Below, one piece after another: positions 56,379 to 64,000 of a stretch of 64,000 nucleotides of DNA. The notes under the pieces are model-generated. The model had not been told where the DNA came from. It ran no database searches and worked only from the letters and a program-made list of their open reading frames with translations. Position numbers and translations under genes: made by a program. The stretch's first letter is position 1; every line of letters starts with the position of its first letter. Origin of the DNA: Heteronotia binoei (taxonomy: Eukaryota); the NCBI RefSeq assembly GCF_032191835.1, contig NC_083225.1:84506001-84570000 (forward strand). Reading direction: 5' to 3'.

Positions 56379-57711
56379 TGTAAGCCAAAATGCCCTCAAA
56401 ACGAGGTTGGGGAATTGTCAGGTGGGCACCTGGCTCACTCAGGATCTTTTTACCTGTGTATACAGGATTCCACGTCCAGAAAAGTAATGCTTAAAATATT
56501 AGGGACTCTAATTAAGTAAAACAATTATAATTTATTAAGAAAAATATAGGCTTCCATACAAGATAAAATACTCATAAAAACACACATTCAGTCCTAGGAA
56601 ACATAGATAGAGAGATAGGGGAACACATGGGTAGACAAACAGGGCGATATTTACCTATCATAGTCTTCGAGGAAAGTTCCAATGGCGACAAGCAAAGAAG
56701 TGGGAGAAGGACTGATCAGGAATCGGGGATTGAACTATGCAGCAGAAGTTGGGATACTGATAGAAACACACCTGTGGGTAGCTAGTCCACAGATTATAAG
56801 GACTCTCTTGAGCCCTTAGGGTATGGGAGGTACAAGGGAGGAAGAAGGTGGTCAGCTGGTGCATGACCTCACAAAAAGGGGAGGTTTCTCAGTGACCATA
56901 AGGGCTGGACTACTGCGACAACCAATAGAAAGTTCATTGGTGGCACCTAATTGGGTGCTTGCTCTTGACCAATGGGCTTGCCTGGATCCTGGATACCTGA
57001 GAGAACTTTCAGGTTGAACTGGACCAGGGGGAGGCTCCAAAATGACAGTTGGGAAGAAGAATAGAGAGATTACTGGGTGGGGAGATGCTTATTACTAATG
57101 GATTTATCTAAAAGGGTGACAATAGAGAGTCAAATTATGGCCTAGGTAACACCCAGTTTGTACAAAGGAACTTGGCTCTGGTTGAAGATGGTCTTCCTCT
57201 TCTTCTGTCTTCTCCTTGGCACTAGTCTATGTTTTGAGTTCCGTCAAACAAAGAAAGTAGCGGTTGGATGATTAATCACTACTGGGGTGGGTAGGTTGCT
57301 TGCAGGCATAGGTGACATCTGGTGTGTACGTGAGCCATCTACTTCGCTGGAATGATGTCAAGCCTGGTAGGAAGATGGCTGCTTGTGGTGTTAGCCCTCC
57401 ACGGTGGATTCCATGGTCAGAGCTTCAAAACCGTTCGCCTGGATAGCTCCTGGCGGCGTAGTCCCTTCTGTTCCACGGCTGAGATGGACATCATTCGGAA
57501 CGATGGGAAGTCTTCCGTTCTCCTGGTGGGCACTCTTGTACCGGTCTAGAGTGCCTTTGTAGCGTTATGTCTGCTAGTACTGCATAAGTCCCTTTTGCCC
57601 CTGGATAGATTTACCCACACTCTCTGGCCAGACGTGTGTGAGTCACTTCTCCAGGTGCTCTGGCAACCGAGCTGGTAATCACGATGTTCAGTAAGGGTTT
57701 TTTTCCTCACA
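56379..57711 (-). mobile_element. Long solo LTR (1333 bp, retroviral-like)
   Basis: TGTAAG...CTCACA termini and a perfect 4-bp TSD ATTA (56375-56378, 57712-57715). CCAAT/ATTGG cluster ~56920-56975, TTATAA at 56794-56799, minus-strand donor GATAG|GTAAAT at 56655|56654, and AATAAA at 56531-56536. Confidence 0.85.
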
Positions 57712-57990
57712 ATTAGTTTCATGGAACCATATTGGAACTATTATCCCATAACACAAAGAAAACCATGCCAGGAGCACCTAGGAGACAAATTTGGTTTTAC
57801 ACTTCTTTCTGTTACTACTACCACCAGGATCAATGGCATGAGCACCTATCATTTATGTCAATATCATATATCATACAAAGAAAGAAGTATTAGCAATGTG
57901 CGAGTAGGAACCCACAAGTACTTGCGGGAGGAATCTTATTTTCCCCTCCCCAACTATCTCCTCTTTCCCTTTCCTGAAAGCCCTCATAGT

Positions 57991-58285
57991 GCCAGTTTGG
58001 TGTAGAGAGCCAGTTTGGTGTAGTGGTTAAGTCCATGGACTCTTATTTAGGAGAACCGGGTTTGATTCCCTACTCCTCCACTTGCATCTGCTGGAATGGC
58101 CTTGGGTCAGTCATAGCTTTTGTAGGAGTTGTCCTTGAAAGGGCAGCTGCTGTATAGTAAAAGCTCTTTCAGCCCCACCTACCTCACAGGATTTCTGTTG
58201 TGTGGGGGGAAGAAGGTAAAGGAGATGGTGAACACTCTTAGACTCTGAGATTCAGAGTATAGGGTGGGATATAAATCTAAATCCA
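57991..58285 (+). mobile_element. Squam3-like SINE with a partially duplicated head
   Basis: GCCAGTTTGGTGTAG at 57991 and 58009, followed by the full family body. Confidence 0.9.
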
Positions 58286-58399
58286 ATAGCCTCTCCCCTT
58301 TTCCTGCTTCCGTCTATCCTTCTAGGGTTGTCAACCTCCAGGTAGGGGCTGAAGATGTCCTGGAATCACAGCAGATCTCTCAAACCCCTCTTAAGGTTG

Positions 58400-59975
58400 T
58401 GTCGTGTCTGGCGTTCATCCCGGAAAGTACAGCACAGTGCGCCTGTGGGCGGTGCCTGGAAGGGACGAACACAGCCTGCCTATGATGATCAGTGGTGGGA
58501 AGTTTAACTAGCCAGGATTGGACCTGACCAGGAAGAAGGTTGTTCGGGAAAATGTATATAACAGGGGACCTAGCCCCGCCATGTTGTCTTTGTGATGTAC
58601 TCGCTAATAAAGCATGTTGCCATCTGAACTCTCTGACTTCAGTACATTACACTGGCGACGAGGATGGGATACCGGTGAGCAGAGAGCAGTCTCCAGCTGC
58701 CCACAAGCCCTGCGATCCGAGCTTTAGTGCTCCTGCGGCCGAGGTCATGGCTACAGCTCCCAGACAAACCCTACCGGCATTCAACGTCACCCGGCCCAAC
58801 TTATGGGAATCATGGGTGGACCAGATCAACTACTACATAGAGCTGCACAAAATGAAGTGACTCATCATGCCTACCACCCTCGCAAGGGCAACCTACAACC
58901 AGCTGGTCAAGGCGATGACGAACCACATGACGCCACAGCTGTGCCGTCTCACACAAAGGCACACGTTCTACATGAGACACCAGAGACAAGCTGAGTTCGC
59001 CGCCAAGTATCTTGCAGAGCTCTGTGGATTAGCCCTGAAATGAGATTTCACAGGGGACCTGGAAAAGATCCTGCTGGACCGTTTTGCGGTTGGCATCTGG
59101 GAGGAGAAAATGCGCTGAAAGTTGCTAGTGTAGAAGGACACAGACATTGACCCTGCAAAAGTGCTCCAACAGGCAACCACCTTTGAACAAATGCACACCA
59201 GCCCTTCCACGAACCAGGCCGCTGCCGCCTCGATCTCGGATGGCTCCGACGAGGAAGGGGCACATCAGCTTCGCCGCCTGCCATGCAGCGGGCTGAAAAC
59301 ACCAAACCAACCACGGGCAGCGAAGAAGCCAAGTGCCAAGTGCACCAGCTGTGGGGACCCACACGAGCACCAAGACTGCCCCTACCGTAATGTGGACTGA
59401 AGAAACTGCAGAAAAGTGGGCCACATCACCTGAGTTTGCAGGGCCAGACCCAACAGGAGGCCCCATTCCGCACACCACAACTCAACAGATGCACATACGA
59501 TGGCCGCAAACAGCATACAGGTAATGGACTTGCCCCAGGGTACCCCCGACAAGGTCAAAGGGCATGTCTTGATCAAGGAGGGTCCCTGCCAGATGGAATT
59601 GGACACGGGATCCTCCATCTCCATTATTTCAGAGGAGACCCTCAGTCAACTCTGCCCCCACAACCGGCCGGCCCTGTGGCCCGTAGAGTTCATATTGCGG
59701 GACTTTCAAAAGAATCCAGTGCAGATCATGGGGTGGGCCAGAGTTCGGGTGGAGTTCAAAAATTTTAAAGGGGCCCTAGACATTCTTATGGTGAAGTGCT
59801 GGCTCACCACCCTATTGGGATTGGCTTGGTTTAATCCCCTAGGCATCAAAATTGTAGGGGCAGACCACATATAGGCCCACAATTTTGACCAAGTGTGCCG
59901 GGAGTTCCCGGAAATATTCGATGGGGCTCTGGGAATGTACATGGGGCCACATATCGCATTGCAGCTGGATCTCTG
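58400..59975 (+). mobile_element. Gypsy (Mag-like) retrotransposon 5' part: LTR, PBS, gag, protease, start of pol; truncated
   Basis: LTR 58400-58651 (TGTCGTGT...ACATTACA, AATAAA). gag with W..W.DQ..YY motif and two CCHC-type knuckles, protease MELDTGSSISII, then CREFPEIFDGALG. Multiple stops. Confidence 0.9.
58653..58670 (+). promoter_or_regulatory. Primer-binding site complementary to tRNA-Ser(GCU)
   Basis: TGGCGACGAGGATGGGAT is the reverse complement of the 3' 18 nt (ATCCCATCCTCGTCGCCA) of vertebrate tRNA-Ser(GCU), as recalled. Confidence 0.8.
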
Positions 59976-59999
59976 TTGTATAAGAGCCGGAACCTGCCT

Positions 60000-60156
60000 G
60001 TGTATATTTATGAGTTTTTGAGTTATGTTTTATTCATACATTATTAACTTATTGTTGTATTTTAACTGTTTTACCATGAGTGTGATCTGCCCTGAGCCCT
60101 TATGGGAAAGGGTGGAATATAAATCAACCAAATAAATAAATAAATAAATAAATAAA
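60000..60156 (+). mobile_element. L2 3' tail with (AAAT)n
   Basis: TGATCTGCCCTGAGCCC...GGGAAAGGGTGGAATATAAAT...(AAAT)n. Confidence 0.75.
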
Positions 60157-61569
60157 CTCGACCTACAAGTTGAAAAGGAACACTACAAATCCTCTTTTAA
60201 AATGGATTCTTCTGTCCAAGAAAGTTTTTGCTACATACCTAGTGCTAATGTACAAAATATCATACATAATTTAATTTTATATCAAGTAGTGCTAAAATAT
60301 CATTTAAAAACTACAGCCCTATGGTTTTGCATATGAGTACTTAATCTTAATATAAAGAAAACTAGGGTAATCAATAAATTTTTGAATATGAGTCACTTTA
60401 GATAGCCATTATTGATCAGGACCAATTCCAGGTTTTTCGGGGCCTTGTGCAGAGTGTTCCTAGGGTTCCCCTCCCCTGTTCTATCTTCCACCAGGCCCCT
60501 AAACAGCCCCTCCTTCTCTCCTGACTGCATGCCTCTCATCTGTCTGTGTGTCCTTCCCCTGCTCATCCCTCTGCCTATGCTCACCACTGCCTCAGTGGCA
60601 CTGGGCAGTGTGCATACATGTGAGCACAGTGGAGCACCAGCAAATAAATGAGTGGGGGAGAGTCAACAGTAGCGGGCCTTGACAGTAGTCTTGGGCTCTG
60701 GCAGCTTTGCCATATCAGGATATGCTGATGCTGGCCCTGTTATGAATCCTGAAACCAAGCAGATTTTCCTCCACCTCCCAAAAAAGGGGGGAGGAATTCC
60801 AAAGGAATAAATTGGAATGTGTTCTAGGTTGGTATTGCTGCTCCTAGTTACCTAAGCTGTGTTTGGGACTACGCCTATTTACATAAACTGTGCCTGGAAT
60901 CAGCCAGCAGTTTCACACCTTCCATTTTTCAAGTGGAAATCAACATAGTGTCATTTTATGTCAGATTGAGAGAGGAAATCTCTTTCTGGACCTACCATAA
61001 CAGTTATGAATCTTCAGTACCTTCTCTCAAAATAATTTTGCTAGTGTTATCAATGCTCTTTTGCTTCTCTTATGGTCTTATCAACTTTGCTTATTGCACA
61101 GGGGATTTCATTGCACTCTGGTCCCCCAACAGGACATACAGTGGCACTTCTATACAATTCAATTAGCAATTTATATTAGTATTTTCAGTAGGTTGTAGGA
61201 AGTTATTATTTTTAATTTCTGTATCATTGCTGTTTCCAGTCCTCCTTTGAATTTTACTTTTTCTTTGTGCAAATTTAACTTGCAGTTCTTTACTTTTGCA
61301 CCATTTTCTCTTTCTATGTACTGCATTTTCTTCAAAAATTCATGCATTTTCCAACATTATACAGCATGAGCAAATCAGTGTTAAATTAATATTATTTTTG
61401 ACATTTAATTTACATATATATTGTACATTAAAGCTGTACAACATGTGTATATAATACATATGAATCTACAAACCCAGGAGCCAAAAGCACAGATTGGAAG
61501 ACTGAAGGCAATGAGAAAAATATAAATATAAAAAAATATATATATAAATGAAACAGAAAATATTTGCTT

Positions 61570-61739
61570 ATCCAGATCTTGGAAGCTAAGCAGAGTTGGC
61601 CCTTGTCAATATTTGGATGAAAGACCACCAAGGGATACCAGTGTCACAACAGAGGCAAGCAATGGCCTCTGAATGTCCCTTGGCTTGAAAACCCTACAGG
61701 GTTGCTGTAGGTAATCTGTGACTTGAAAGAAAAGAAAAA
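61570..61739 (+). mobile_element. 5S rRNA-derived SINE with RTE/BovB-type tail
   Basis: GATCTTGGAAGCTAAGCAGAG...TTGGATGAAAGACCACC..GGATACC aligns to the 5S box A to box C region. It is followed by GCAATGGC..CCTCTGAATG..CTTGAAAACCCTAC...TGTGACTTGA and an A-rich tail. Confidence 0.8.
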
Positions 61740-61754
61740 TGTCTTAGGAAATAA

Positions 61755-61978
61755 AGAGTTGGTTTTATACCCTGACCTTCAGTGTCTGAAGGCTTATAAT
61801 CATCTTCCCTTCATCTTCCCACAACAGACACTCTGTGAGGTAGGTGACGCTGAGAGTGTTCTATGAGAACTGTGACTGACCCAAGGTCACCCAGCCGGCC
61901 TTATGTGCAGGAGTGGGGAATCAAGCCCAGTTCTCCAGATTAGAGTCTACCACTCTTAACCACTACACCAAACTGACT
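61755..61978 (-). mobile_element. Squam3-like SINE
   Basis: AGAGTTGGTTTTATACCC...GACCCAAGGTCACCCAG...GGAGTGGGGAATCAAGCCC...TTAACCACTACACCAAACTG. Confidence 0.9.
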
Positions 61979-62833
61979 CTTCAAGAGGTGTGGTCTCCCA
62001 CTCCTGGAATGTCAACAGTTAAACTTCTTTCTAGATTTTCAAGCTACTCTAAATCTGTGTAGAAATTTCAGTGTATGTTATTCCTTCCCCCACCCTTGCT
62101 CTCTCCATGCCTTCCTCATATATTGTGAGACTCTTCCTTGGTGGAGTTCTTGGCTGAGTCCAGCTACAATGACAATATTATGACCAGAGAGAGAAAAAAG
62201 AGCTGGCTGAATTTGAGTTGCAAGTATAAAGTGCATGTTTTGATGTATTAGCATGTTCAAAGTAGCATGCCTGAGATTCAAAGTTTTTTAATTTCCACTT
62301 GACTAGTTAAGACTAGACAGACTTTAGTAACTGTTTCCAGCATGTAAGGAGAGAAAATTAGATAGAACATCATCATTTTCTGTTCAGTCAGCACTAGTTC
62401 AGGCATCACATATTCCATCAAACACCACCTTCTTTCTCTACCCCTCATTCCCCAGCCATTACTACATAAGTACTCAGTTTTGTAATTCATGATTCCGTGG
62501 GCAATGTTTATGAAAAACAGGGATGCCAAGTGCTTTGCTTCTTATCCCTTGATGCTTGTGAACTAGACTGAACAATTTTAGGTAGAAAAAGCTGCCAACT
62601 CTTAGCCAGTAGGTGCCTCCCAAATTGTTCTACATAAAGGAAAAAAAGCCAGTACAATACAATACAATACAATTAAAAGGAGAGCATAGGGGTTCAAACT
62701 AAATTTAATTATACTTCCAAATCCCTCCTTTCCCAAATGAACCACAATACATTGTGTGTTTTGATTTTGATTCTGAATATCAAAATCTAGCAGAACAAAG
62801 GCTTCATAAAACCATTTTTTGTTTGCCATATAC

Positions 62834-62899
62834 CTGTTTCTAGGATCTGAATTTTTCCTCCTTCATACACATTTCTCTTTACAAGATATGAATACAGAA
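62834..62899 (-). CDS. Candidate host exon (unidentified gene), 66 nt, phase 1-1
   Basis: TATTTTTAACTGTTGTTTCAG acceptor and ACAG|GTATAT donor. Single open frame LYSYLVKRNVYEGGKIQILET. Confidence 0.25.
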
Positions 62900-64000
62900 C
62901 TGAAACAACAGTTAAAAATACATCCTTGCAATGTTGTAATGGTCCAACTTATATTTGACAAGCTATGTCATTATCAAAGAACTTCTTAAAAGTAACAAAT
63001 ACTTTTTTTCCTCCCTGGGATACTGCGATATTGGGTCTCAGTTTTCACATGTAGAGTTGCTTTCCTTGAAAGTACAGAGGTGGGGAAATTGAGTTCCATA
63101 CCACCTCCCTGCAGAGAAAGAGAGCTAGTTACCTTTCCTGAGGTATCAAATTTGGTTGTAAGACACAATTTTCATATGAGATCACTTTCCAATAAGTGAT
63201 CCACCCCTGAAAATACTGAGATTTTACAGCCAATAAATGTTTGAATTGGGATCACAAAGTGTTCATGGTCCTGGAAAGAAAGAGATCATTTAGAGCCAAA
63301 AATGTGTGGTAGGAAGGGAAGACTTTTTACTGCCTCATAAATGATGCATGTTAGCTTTACTATGAATAAAAGATACCAATTTTCTGAGACAAATAGATAT
63401 TAGAGGATAATCAATCATTTATGTCATTTAATCCAGCACAAGAACCAGTAGGAAATTAGACCCTAAAGCTTTCCTTTTGTGCTAATTCCTTTTGAGGTTC
63501 TTTAACATTTGTTTTCGTAGCTTAGATGATATTCAGGATAAATGATAATAAACTATCAAAAATGATGCATTAATGAATAGGTTATATACATCTTGGACAG
63601 CCAAAGGCAATGGCTCTTTTTTCCTTAGGGATATTGAGCTGTTCTATTTGGCTAAATGAATATGTGGGCCTCTGCAGGAGTATAAAAGTGATAATGAAGC
63701 TGGAATGTCATAGTAGTGCAAAACAAAGTTACAAGAGATCGTAGGAAAACCAAAATTGACTTACACTTGTGTTATTAGGGCACAGCAATGCAATTTAAAA
63801 TGTCCTTTAGATTGTGGACATTTGTGCCTTAGAACAGAAAAAACACAAAGATAAATCAGCAGTTTTGTATACAGAAATGACATTGGATTTATCCAAAGCT
63901 ATGAAAGATTGTAGCTTGAAAAATAATCAGTAAATCTCTATGTGGGAATGCACTTTGAACAATCCTTATTTGAAGATGCATGCATTTTAGCAGTGAAAAC

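Noticed and set aside
61570-61640. Possible 5S rRNA gene
   Set aside because: Only the central part of 5S is present, it is diverged, and it is fused to a non-5S tail.
62834-63828. Chain of three minus-strand exon-like segments (63766-63828, 63133-63206, 62834-62899)
   Set aside because: Their open frames have incompatible phases (2-2, 0-2, 1-1), and joining them gives stops. They cannot be consecutive coding exons.

Overview
Eukaryotic (vertebrate) genomic DNA. The repeat content (Sauria/Squam1, Squam2 and Squam3-like SINEs, L2, CR1, RTE and Penelope LINEs) points to a squamate reptile, probably a gecko; this is inference from remembered repeat consensus motifs, not a database search. By my coordinates roughly two thirds of the window is transposable-element derived. 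It holds two long L1 LINEs (one TSD-bounded with an intact ORF1), a near full-length RTE LINE, and CR1, L2 and RTEX-like fragments. It also holds a Penelope element with a hammerhead ribozyme, a Gypsy element with the unusual PR-IN-RT (Gmr1-like) domain order, a Mag-type Gypsy with a perfect tRNA-Ser primer-binding site, long solo LTRs, hAT-type MITEs, and tRNA- and 5S-derived SINEs. There is a 483-nt assembly gap. No host protein-coding gene could be recognised; there are only two promoter-like motif clusters and a few isolated exon-like segments. There are no prokaryotic features, CRISPR arrays or bona fide tRNA/rRNA genes. The best novelty candidates are the Penelope hammerhead, an unclassified two-copy element encoding a short coiled-coil ORF, long LTRs with a splice donor between TATA and poly(A), and a ~2-kb TIR element present twice.
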